The position numbers and the translations under genes were made by a program. 64,000 bases of DNA from assembly GCA_014803485.1 (NCBI GenBank), contig JAAVBQ010000035.1, positions 7,428 through 71,427 on the forward strand. The letters run 5' to 3'. Position 1 is the first letter of the stretch. Every line of letters starts with the position of its first letter. Shown piece after piece: positions 44,347 to 52,326 of this stretch. Below the pieces are notes generated by a model. The model searched no databases and was not told the origin of the DNA. It saw only the letters and a program-made list of their open reading frames with translations. The DNA is from a bacterium. GTDB taxonomy: Bacteria > Bacteroidota > Bacteroidia > Bacteroidales > P3.

Positions 44347-45219
44347 TTAAAAATTAAACCGCAAGCCGAGAGTCAGGCCATGACTATTGCCAAAAACATT
44401 TTCCCCTCCTGAAAATCCCGAACGTTTAACAAAGTCTATATCGCCCGTCTGCTTTTGATTTCGTATCCAGTTTATGTTCCATGGAAAATACATACTTGCC
44501 TGCCATTCGACAAAGAAAGACAACAAGGTGTTTATACTATATTCAACCCCTGCAGCAGCAGTAAATCCAAACATACAGAATTTATCTTTCCCTGAAAAAG
44601 AGGCGGAGAAAACCGGGTCTTCTCCGTATTCATAAGCATAACTTGAGTGTCCTTCCACATAGGCAGAATGGTATATTTTACCCGCCAATATACCTAATCC
44701 AAATTTGACATAAGGATTACACCTCTTGAATCCTGGCATAACAACCATTTGCACACCGCTCCAACCTCTATAGGAAGATGCAAACAGGAAACTACCATAC
44801 CAAAAGGCATTGCTCGATATATTTCTGTCTTCATCCTCGATATAAAAGCCGACAAGCCCTTCGCGGTAGGTACCGACAATCCTTTCTGGACATGCGATAT
44901 ATCCGCCATTGATTTCTATGCCGATATATCGGTTAAAGCGATAGCCTAAATTCACCCCCACTCTAAGACCTTTACCGACCGACATATAATCCCCGAAATT
45001 GAACATCACCAAACGCGGGTCATATCCGTTGTTCAGCAGTCCTGTCATACCCGGCGTTGAAAGCCTGCCTCCATAGCCTAACGACACATCGGCATAAAAC
45101 CTCTTGAATGGAAATTCGGGAACGGGTTTCTTCTCTTTCTTTTCTTTGGCCACCGCCGTCGGAACACTCAACGAAAGCATTATCAAAAAGAGGAACCCAA
45201 TCGTTATACGTTTTTTCAT
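44347..45219 (-). CDS. Outer-membrane beta-barrel protein (OMP_b-brl-like), 290 aa
   Basis: Signal peptide, alternating aromatic/Gly beta-strand pattern, C-terminal ...LTLGLRFNF. Its start forms an ATGA overlap with the C10 protease stop. Confidence 0.65.
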   Translation of the reverse strand: MKKRITIGFLFLIMLSLSVPTAVAKEKKEKKPVPEFPFKRFYADVSLGYGGRLSTPGMTGLLNNGYDPRLVMFNFGDYMSVGKGLRVGVNLGYRFNRYIGIEINGGYIACPERIVGTYREGLVGFYIEDEDRNISSNAFWYGSFLFASSYRGWSGVQMVVMPGFKRCNPYVKFGLGILAGKIYHSAYVEGHSSYAYEYGEDPVFSASFSGKDKFCMFGFTAAAGVEYSINTLLSFFVEWQASMYFPWNINWIRNQKQTGDIDFVKRSGFSGGENVFGNSHGLTLGLRFNF

Positions 45220-46970
45220 CGGACCACTAATTTTTGGGTTACACGATTTTCCTTACAAGTTACACGAACAAAATACATTCCCTGTCGTAAACTTTCTATT
45301 GGCAACACAATATAACCCCCTGCGAACTGTGTCGTATATCGTAGTCTTCCTTGATTATCGAAGACTTCCACCTCTTTTCTTTCGTCTCCACTCACATATG
45401 TTGCCATCGAAATCTGTACCTCGTCCTTAGCCGGGTTCGGTGAAAGGATAAAAAGGTCGGATGCCGCAAACATTTTTTCTTCTCTTACGAAAGCAAAATT
45501 GTTTTCTTCCTCTTCATCCTCATCATCATTTTTCCGTGTACTTTTTCGGGTGCCCTTTTGCAACTGTGCCGCCAATTCCTTGTCATAGCACGCCAAAGTG
45601 AGTGTGGCATCACCCGAAACTTCAAAAGGACCATTGATAACCAAACTGCCTGTAAAGGCAATTTTAGATTGGGAATTTCCTTTCAACGTAATGTTCTTCA
45701 TAGAGGCGTTCTTACAAAAAGCACGCAATTCTTCATCGTTCCCTTTGGTGATATTGTTTCCCGTCCAATCATCCGTAATATTCCAATCGGGATAAATATC
45801 CCGAACAACCATATTGTTTTTACGAAGGTTCTCTTGATGCCCATTGCCATCCTTTTTAAGCGTGCTTAAATCATAATAACCATTATGTTGGCCGCTCCAT
45901 CCCCAATTGCAATGAAAATGACCTTCTTTATTGTATCCATCCATAATCCAAAAATGTTTTTCACTCAGACAGAGATCACATTTATCCCCCCTATAAATAA
46001 CAGGCCAGCCATTGTTGAGTTGTTTTTTGATTAAATCAGGCCACCAATCACCGTTATCATTATCTCCTTTTGTTTTTTTATTTGATTCTGAAAAATGCAT
46101 TTCCTGCATACCGGTCACTATCTTATTCGTAGTAGTCCAAGCCCCCTCACACAAGAAATTGACAGATGCATTATCCGCACAATCCTTTAACAAATGGGCT
46201 ATATTGTTCTCTTCCTGAACGGTTGAAAAACTTTTCAACTTTGCCGGCATCTTTTCCCAATCATATTGGGGTGGAAATTTCCAATACCTCATAAGTTGTC
46301 CCATTGCAACACTGGAGCACCCAATAGGTTTATGCCCTGTTTTATTGTCTGGGTATAGAAGATTTGACTCACAACCGCTTGGAGCGAATTTATTGTATTT
46401 TGGAGAAGACTCACCATACGCGTATGCTAATTGCCCCCATTCTATCTCATAGCCCTTTTCATCAACCAAAAGAGGTGCTACATAACTTGCTTTGCTTTGT
46501 GTCAAATGATAAACATAAGAAGAAGTTTCGCTCTGTAGCCCCGTCCATTTTTCCTTATTTTCCTGATAAAACTCCGATTCTTCTGATTTTGCTTGAGGTG
46601 AAGTCTTGATTTCAGTTATCTGTTCGATATAATCGCACAATAGTTCCACCAATGCAGGCGGCATCAGACTGGTGTCGGGGTTCCATTCTCCTGTAGGTGA
46701 ATAGGCCAAAACGGGTTGAACTCTGAGGTCATTCGACATCAAAACCCACCCGCCCTGCTGACACTGCAAGACATTCATCATTGAACCTGATATTGTTGAT
46801 GTGTTCTCTATAGCATTTCTATACACATGATTTATTGTCCATGGTTCCTCTCCGTTCATTATTTTCATATAAATGCGGGCAGCCGTCCCTATTTGTGATC
46901 TTGTAGGTGCTTGCGCTATCGCCATAACAGGGAAGATAGCCATACAGAAAAAAATAGACAATTTCTTCAT
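45216..46970 (-). CDS. C10-family (streptopain/SpeB-like) cysteine peptidase with T9SS C-terminal sorting domain, 584 aa
   Basis: Signal peptide MKKLSIFFCMAIFPVMAIAQA and an N-terminal propeptide-like region. Catalytic Cys context PIGCSSVAMGQLMRYW, His context HFWIMDGY, then NWGWSGQHNGYYD. C-terminal LSPNPAKDEVQI...GMYFVRVTCKENRVTQKLVVR is typical of a T9SS CTD. Confidence 0.85.
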   Translation of the reverse strand: MKKLSIFFCMAIFPVMAIAQAPTRSQIGTAARIYMKIMNGEEPWTINHVYRNAIENTSTISGSMMNVLQCQQGGWVLMSNDLRVQPVLAYSPTGEWNPDTSLMPPALVELLCDYIEQITEIKTSPQAKSEESEFYQENKEKWTGLQSETSSYVYHLTQSKASYVAPLLVDEKGYEIEWGQLAYAYGESSPKYNKFAPSGCESNLLYPDNKTGHKPIGCSSVAMGQLMRYWKFPPQYDWEKMPAKLKSFSTVQEENNIAHLLKDCADNASVNFLCEGAWTTTNKIVTGMQEMHFSESNKKTKGDNDNGDWWPDLIKKQLNNGWPVIYRGDKCDLCLSEKHFWIMDGYNKEGHFHCNWGWSGQHNGYYDLSTLKKDGNGHQENLRKNNMVVRDIYPDWNITDDWTGNNITKGNDEELRAFCKNASMKNITLKGNSQSKIAFTGSLVINGPFEVSGDATLTLACYDKELAAQLQKGTRKSTRKNDDEDEEEENNFAFVREEKMFAASDLFILSPNPAKDEVQISMATYVSGDERKEVEVFDNQGRLRYTTQFAGGYIVLPIESLRQGMYFVRVTCKENRVTQKLVVR

Positions 46971-47000
46971 GGTTTTCTTGTTTTAGTTCCCGATTGTTAT

Positions 47001-47753
47001 TTATTTTTCAGAAATCAATCTCTTCAACTCCTCGATTTCTGCTTGCTGTTCCTGTATCGCCTTTACCAAAAACGGTATGACAACCGAATAGTCCACCGTA
47101 TAAACTCTTTCATACGGGTCGTAATTAACCGCCTCAGGCAAAATTTTCTGCAATTCTTGTGCGATAAAACCCACCCGATTGCTCCTTGTACTGTCCACTA
47201 CCTTTTCGGGCAATTTATCTTCCTGCACATAATCGAAACGAACCGTATTTATTTGTTTGATTTTCTCAAGAGAGGCTTCTATCGGACGAATATTCGTCTT
47301 GTACCGTTCATCGGACAATGAACTGATACCCGTGGCCGACGAGGAATAGAACCGTGTGGAATAAACACCTACCAACTGATACGTTCCCGAACCCAACATC
47401 AATGGCCTGTCTGTACTCTGCACCCGTGTAACAGGTCCATAAGTATAATTCGCAACAATAGGGGGATCTGGAATTGTAACCCTTGGCACAAAACCGACCC
47501 CCTCCTCTTTTTTAAAACCTATTCCCCCATCCAAAACCGTCAATTTAACCTCTTCGGAGTTGATTGAGACCCCCGTACTTCCTGAATGGAAGAAAAGGTT
47601 CGGCATAGAAACTTCAAAACCTTTTGTCAGCGTGGGGGCTTCCGATACATTCCCAAATTTCAACAACTCCGAGTTGTAGATTTTCATTTGTCCGAAAGAA
47701 AACAAATTTAACAGTACAAAGCCTGTAACCACGAGAGAAATTTTTGCTTTCAT
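47001..47753 (-). CDS. Secreted tail-fibre-like protein with a Peptidase S74 intramolecular-chaperone domain, 250 aa
   Basis: Signal peptide MKAKISLVVTGFVLLNLFSFGQ. C-terminal SDERYKTNIRPIEASLEKIKQINTVRFDY...RVGFIAQELQKILPEAV...YTVDYSVVIPFLVKAIQEQQAEIEELKRL matches the S74 auto-cleaving chaperone signature. Confidence 0.75.
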   Translation of the reverse strand: MKAKISLVVTGFVLLNLFSFGQMKIYNSELLKFGNVSEAPTLTKGFEVSMPNLFFHSGSTGVSINSEEVKLTVLDGGIGFKKEEGVGFVPRVTIPDPPIVANYTYGPVTRVQSTDRPLMLGSGTYQLVGVYSTRFYSSSATGISSLSDERYKTNIRPIEASLEKIKQINTVRFDYVQEDKLPEKVVDSTRSNRVGFIAQELQKILPEAVNYDPYERVYTVDYSVVIPFLVKAIQEQQAEIEELKRLISEK

Positions 47754-47785
47754 ATTTTTGATTGTTTTGAGTTTTAATGGGTAAA

Positions 47786-47805
47786 TTTACAAAAATTTTT
47801 GTAAA
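47786..47805. promoter_or_regulatory. Perfect 20-bp palindrome tttacaaaaatttttgtaaa (candidate operator) upstream of the S74-domain gene
   Basis: Read directly. It overlaps a second 10-bp palindrome gtaaatttac (47781-47790) and lies 33-52 nt upstream of the ATG at 47753. Confidence 0.3.
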
Positions 47806-47884
47806 TCACAAGATTAATATTGTGCGTTTCGGCAGAACAACAAGAGGCTTTTTGTACTTTAGCTCCGCTGAAGATACTGCGTCT

Positions 47885-48003
47885 CGGCAGAACCAACCTG
47901 CAAATTAATTTGCAGGTTGTCTACGCAATCGTTTCGGCTTAGCCCAAGCAAGCTTGGTCTTTTCCGAAACAGTTGCGTAGACCAACTTTCAGTTGGTTCT
48001 GCG
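47885..48003. repeat. Nested inverted-repeat element in a divergent intergenic region (structured RNA or MITE/REP-like remnant)
   Basis: Perfect 24-bp palindrome aacctgcaaattaatttgcaggtt (47895-47918). 19-bp imperfect inverted repeat gtctacgcaatcgtttcgg / ccgaaacagttgcgtagac (47919-47937 / 47964-47982). Hairpin accaac-tttca-gttggt (47981-47997). Outer pairing cggcagaaccaac / gttggttctgcg. Confidence 0.6.
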
Positions 48004-48015
48004 CTCGACTTTTCG

Positions 48016-48023
48016 TATCTTTG
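48016..48023 (+). promoter_or_regulatory. Candidate -7 box TATCTTTG for upp
   Basis: Exact TAnnTTTG match ending 9 nt before the ATG at 48033. Confidence 0.4.
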
Positions 48024-48032
48024 CTTTTTACT

Positions 48033-48692
48033 ATGGAAATAAAAATCTTGGATCAGAAACCGTCGCAGTTTTTACGGTTTATGGCGGAGTTGCGCGATGA
48101 GCGCATTCAGAAAGACTCTATGAGATTCCGCGAAAACCTGCGTCGCATCGGGCGTGTCTTCGCCTTCGAAATCAGCAAGGAACTTCCCTTTCTCGAAATT
48201 ACCGTGGCCACACCTTTGGGCGAAAAAGTGATGCAGGCGCCTTCGCAGGAACCTGTCATCACCAGCATCCTGCGGGCGGGTCTGCCCTTGCACGAGGGTC
48301 TGCTCTCGGTGTTCGACCGTGCCGAAAACGGCTTTATCTCGGCCTACCGCAAGCACGACGAAACGGGAACTTTCCAAATCAAGATGGATTATGTGTCCTG
48401 CCCCGATTTGGAAGACAAAACCTTGATTCTCTGCGACCCTATGTTAGCCACAGGCTCTTCTATGGCCGTATGCTACGATGCGTTGCTGGAATACGGCACA
48501 CCCCGTTTCACACACCTTGTATCGGTAATCGCTTCGCAGAAAGGCGTGGACTATCTTCGTCAGAAACTCGGACACCGCGACTGCACGCTGTGGGTGGGTT
48601 CCATCGACCCCGAACTCACGTCCAAGTCGTATATCGTGCCGGGATTGGGCGACGCGGGCGACCTGGCCTTCGGCGAAAAATTGCAAGACTAA
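48033..48692 (+). CDS. upp: Uracil phosphoribosyltransferase, 219 aa
   Basis: MEIKILDQKPS..., PRPP-binding loop LILCDPMLATGSSM, C-terminal YIVPGLGDAGDLAFGEK. The track's upstream alternative start (47973) adds a non-conserved extension. Confidence 0.9.
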   Translation: MEIKILDQKPSQFLRFMAELRDERIQKDSMRFRENLRRIGRVFAFEISKELPFLEITVATPLGEKVMQAPSQEPVITSILRAGLPLHEGLLSVFDRAENGFISAYRKHDETGTFQIKMDYVSCPDLEDKTLILCDPMLATGSSMAVCYDALLEYGTPRFTHLVSVIASQKGVDYLRQKLGHRDCTLWVGSIDPELTSKSYIVPGLGDAGDLAFGEKLQD

Positions 48693-48695
48693 GCC

Positions 48696-49856
48696 ATGTT
48701 TCTGTTGATTCTCTATCTGCTTCTGGCAGTTTGCGTGTCGTTTCTCTGCTCGATATTGGAGGCGGTATTGCTTTCCACGCCCCTTTCGTATATCGAGGTG
48801 GTGAAGAACGAGGTACGCGAGGAATACCGCAAGAACAACTACACCCGCTCCATGCAAAGGCGCTTGAAATCGGCGCTTGTCTTTACGCGCAACAAGAACC
48901 GCATGGAAAAATCGCTCTCGTCTATCCTTTCGCTCAACACCATCGCCAACACGGTGGGGGCGGCGGGCGTGGGGGCGCAGAGTGCCGTGGTGTTCGGCAA
49001 CGCCTACGTGGGTGTGGCTTCGGGTGCGCTCACGCTCATCATCCTCATCTTTTCGGAAATCCTGCCCAAAAGCATCGGCACGCGCTATTGGCGACGGCTG
49101 TGCCTGCCCGCCGCCCGCGTGATTCAGGTGCTAATGTGGGTCTGCTACCCTTTTGTGGTGCTTTCGGAGGGCATTTCGTGGATGGTGTCGCGGGGCAAGA
49201 AAGACCCGGGCGTGAGCCGCGAGGAGGTGAGCGCTATCGTGAGCATGGGTTCGAAGGAGGGTATTTTTGAGCAGGAGGAAATTCAGGGGCTGCGCAGTAT
49301 CTTGCGCTTGCAGGATTTGCGGGTGCGCGACATCATGACTCCGCGTATGGTGACGGTGACGGCCTGCGAGGAAATGACGGTGAACGAATTTTACAAGGAA
49401 CGCAGTTATCTGAAATATTCGCGCATCCCTGTGTATGAGAACGATAACCCCGACAAGATTACGGGTTTTGTGTTGTTGAAGGATGTGTTTGAATTGGTGG
49501 CCGCCGACAAGCATAAGGTGAAACTCAAGGAGATAAAGCGACCCATCTTCATCGCTACCGAAAGTCAGAAGTTGTTGAGCCTGTGGAACCGTATGCAGCA
49601 GGCCACGGGCGGAGATGCGGCAGGCGGCGGCGAGACCCGCCGCAAACGGGAGCAGATTGCCATGGTGGTGGACGAATACGGCAGTTTTGTGGGCATCGTG
49701 ACCGTGGAAGACATGGTGGAGACAATGATTGGCATGGAGATTATAGACGAAAAGGACACCGTGACCGATATGCAGGCCTACGCCCGCAAGAAATGGACGT
49801 CTTCGAAAGTATATCACAAGATAGAAACCGACGCGAAAGCCGACGAAGCGCGATGA
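48696..49856 (+). CDS. CNNM/DUF21 transmembrane domain plus CBS-pair protein (HlyC/CorC-family transporter-like), 386 aa
   Basis: N-terminal TM block (ILEAVLLSTP..., SLNTIANTVGAAG), then a CBS pair (VRDIMTPRMVTVTA..., IAMVVDEYGSFVGIVTVEDMVE). Confidence 0.8.
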   Translation: MFLLILYLLLAVCVSFLCSILEAVLLSTPLSYIEVVKNEVREEYRKNNYTRSMQRRLKSALVFTRNKNRMEKSLSSILSLNTIANTVGAAGVGAQSAVVFGNAYVGVASGALTLIILIFSEILPKSIGTRYWRRLCLPAARVIQVLMWVCYPFVVLSEGISWMVSRGKKDPGVSREEVSAIVSMGSKEGIFEQEEIQGLRSILRLQDLRVRDIMTPRMVTVTACEEMTVNEFYKERSYLKYSRIPVYENDNPDKITGFVLLKDVFELVAADKHKVKLKEIKRPIFIATESQKLLSLWNRMQQATGGDAAGGGETRRKREQIAMVVDEYGSFVGIVTVEDMVETMIGMEIIDEKDTVTDMQAYARKKWTSSKVYHKIETDAKADEAR

Positions 49857-52264
49857 CCTACCCCGATTCTTTTGTTCAGAAAATAGGTTTCGACACCATT
49901 ATCGGTCTGTTGCAAAAGGAATGCATCACCGAATCGGCACGGGCTATGTGTACCAAAATAGCCCCGCTCCACCCTTTCGAGAAATTGCAGACCTACCTGA
50001 AGCAGACCGCTGAATTTAAATCGCTTCTGATGTTGGAGGCGGCTTTCCCCGCACAGGATTATTTCGATTTGAGCGACGAACTCAAACGGCTTCAGGTGCA
50101 GGGTTCGTATATCACTTTGGAGGGCCTGGGGCGGCTCCGCGCCTCGTATGTCACGCTCTGCGAAATCAAGAGTTATTTCGACAAATTGGATGCGGAAACC
50201 TATCCGCAGTTGTGTCTGTTTGCACAACAGTTGGAGATTGTGCCCGAAGTGCTGCCCAAAATCGACACGCTTCTGACGCGCACGGGCGAAATCCGCGACA
50301 ACGCTTCGGAAAACCTCTTCCGTATCCGTCAGCTTATACGTCGTAAATCGGGTGAAACACAGCGGTATATTGTCAAATATATGGACTTGGCCAAAAAGGA
50401 GGGCTGGGTGGAGGACGAGGCCGATGTGACGGTGCGCAACGAGCGTTTGGTGATTCCCGTAACTGCCTCGCACAAAAAGAGTATGCGTGGTTTTATCCAC
50501 GATGTTTCGGCCACGGGGCAGACGGTTTTCATGGAACCGGAGGAAATATTCAACCTCAACAACGAAATTGTGGAGTTGCGCAACGAGGAGCGGGTGGAAA
50601 TCATAGAAATCCTAAAGAATTTCAGTGCGTTTCTGCGGCCTTTCTTGGGTGTGCTGACGGCGGCCTACCGTTTTTTGGTGCGGGTGGATGTGCTGCGGGG
50701 AAAGGCGCTGTTGGCCGTGAAACTCGACGCGGGTATGCCGATTTTGCACAACAAGCCTTGCTTTGTGTGGCGGCAGGCGCGTCATCCCCTGCTCTATCTC
50801 AAGGACCCGAAGGCGGTGGTGCCTTTGGATTTGTCGCTGGCCGACGAGGAGAGAATCGTGGTGATTTCCGGGCCCAATGCGGGCGGTAAGTCGGTATGCC
50901 TCAAAACGGTGGGGCTGTTGCAATATATGTTGCAGTGCGGGCTGTTGGTGAGTATGCGCGAAGATTCGGAAGCGGGGGTGGTGCGCGATATATTCGTGGA
51001 CATCGGTGACGAACAATCGATAGAAAACGACTTGTCTACATATAGTTCTCACCTCAAGAACATGAAGTTTTGGGTGGAACACGCCGACAAAAACACCTTG
51101 TTTCTGAGCGATGAGTTGGGCAGCGGCACCGAACCTCAGGTGGGCGGGGCCATCGCGGAGGCTTTGGTGGAATTTCTGTTGCGCAAGGGGGCGCGGGGCA
51201 TCATCACCACGCACTATACCAACTTGAAACTGATGGCGAAAAGTCATCCCGGCATTGTGAACGGAGCCATGCTTTTCGACCAGGAAAACCTGCGTCCGCT
51301 CTATGTGTTCCGCAAGGGCTTGCCGGGTAGTTCGTTCGCTTTCGAAATCGCCCGCAAGACAGGGCTTCCTGAAAGTGTGCTGGCGGCGGCGGAAAACAAG
51401 GTGGGGCGGCGGCAGCTGAACTTTGAACAGGAGCTGCAGCAGATTGAGGTGGAGAAACACGTGCTGCACAAAAAGCGACAGGAGGTGGAGGTGGCCGACG
51501 ACTTGCTTCATTCCACTTTGCAGAAATACAAGGGTTTGTTGCACGATTTGGAGACGCACCGCACCCGTTTGATGAACGAGGCGAAGGCCGAGGCGCGGAG
51601 CCTTGTGAAACAGGCCAATGCCGACATCGAGCGCACCATCCGCGAAATCCGCGAGGCTCAGGCGGAAAAGGAGGCGACGCGCCGGGCCCGGCAGGTGTTG
51701 AACGAGAAAGCGGCGGAATGGGAGGAAACGAAGTCGCCCGGAATAGAGGGGGAACAGCCGAAGAAGCCCGCAGAAGAAGCGAAGCCGAACGGAATTCCGT
51801 TGCGCGAAGGGGCGTGGGCGAGACTGAAAGACAGCCCCCGCACCGTGGGCCGCATCGAGAAAATCCAGGACGGCACCGCCCGCGTGAACTTCGACTATAT
51901 GCGTATGCAACTGTCTTTCGATAAGTTGGTTGCATTGACCGAAAAAGAAAGTCTGCAATACGAGAAAAATCTCGGACGGGGTTCGGTGAAAGTGGAAAAC
52001 CTGTCGGAAGGGCAGTTGCATTTCAAGCCGCGCATTGACCTGCGGGGCGTGCGGGGCGAAGAAGCCGTGGAAAAGACCTTGCGTTTGGTGGACCAAGCCG
52101 TGCTCTACGGAGAAAAACATCTCGAAATCCTGCACGGAAAAGGCAACGGCATCCTGCGGCAACTCATTCGGGGCGCCTTGTCGAAAAACCCGCATGTGCA
52201 GTCGTTTTCCGATCAGGAAGAACAGTTCGGCGGAAGCGGCATCACGCTTGTCCATTTGTCTTGA
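49853..52264 (+). CDS. mutS2: Endonuclease MutS2 (MutS-family ATPase with C-terminal Smr domain), 803 aa
   Basis: Start MTYPDSFVQKIGFD forms an ATGA overlap with the upstream stop. Walker A ISGPNAGGKSV, then LSDELGSGTEP. Smr domain IDLRGVRGEEAVEKTLRLVDQAVLYGEKHLEILHGKGNGILR. Confidence 0.9.
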   Translation: MTYPDSFVQKIGFDTIIGLLQKECITESARAMCTKIAPLHPFEKLQTYLKQTAEFKSLLMLEAAFPAQDYFDLSDELKRLQVQGSYITLEGLGRLRASYVTLCEIKSYFDKLDAETYPQLCLFAQQLEIVPEVLPKIDTLLTRTGEIRDNASENLFRIRQLIRRKSGETQRYIVKYMDLAKKEGWVEDEADVTVRNERLVIPVTASHKKSMRGFIHDVSATGQTVFMEPEEIFNLNNEIVELRNEERVEIIEILKNFSAFLRPFLGVLTAAYRFLVRVDVLRGKALLAVKLDAGMPILHNKPCFVWRQARHPLLYLKDPKAVVPLDLSLADEERIVVISGPNAGGKSVCLKTVGLLQYMLQCGLLVSMREDSEAGVVRDIFVDIGDEQSIENDLSTYSSHLKNMKFWVEHADKNTLFLSDELGSGTEPQVGGAIAEALVEFLLRKGARGIITTHYTNLKLMAKSHPGIVNGAMLFDQENLRPLYVFRKGLPGSSFAFEIARKTGLPESVLAAAENKVGRRQLNFEQELQQIEVEKHVLHKKRQEVEVADDLLHSTLQKYKGLLHDLETHRTRLMNEAKAEARSLVKQANADIERTIREIREAQAEKEATRRARQVLNEKAAEWEETKSPGIEGEQPKKPAEEAKPNGIPLREGAWARLKDSPRTVGRIEKIQDGTARVNFDYMRMQLSFDKLVALTEKESLQYEKNLGRGSVKVENLSEGQLHFKPRIDLRGVRGEEAVEKTLRLVDQAVLYGEKHLEILHGKGNGILRQLIRGALSKNPHVQSFSDQEEQFGGSGITLVHLS

Positions 52265-52326
52265 TACATCTTTTCGCGCTTTTTTCGTAACTTTGTTAGT
52301 TTCTGCCCAAAGCAGCGACAAGCGCC

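Noticed and set aside
44347-45219. The OMP downstream of the C10 protease as a PorP/SprF-type T9SS partner
   Set aside because: I could not find the N-terminal signature I associate with PorP/SprF, and the protease carries a type-A-like CTD, which does not need such a partner. I call it only a generic beta-barrel OMP.
44347-47753. The low-GC islet as a defined mobile element or prophage remnant
   Set aside because: No integrase, transposase, tRNA attachment site, flanking direct repeats or further phage genes are visible. Only the composition and the S74 domain hint at foreign origin.
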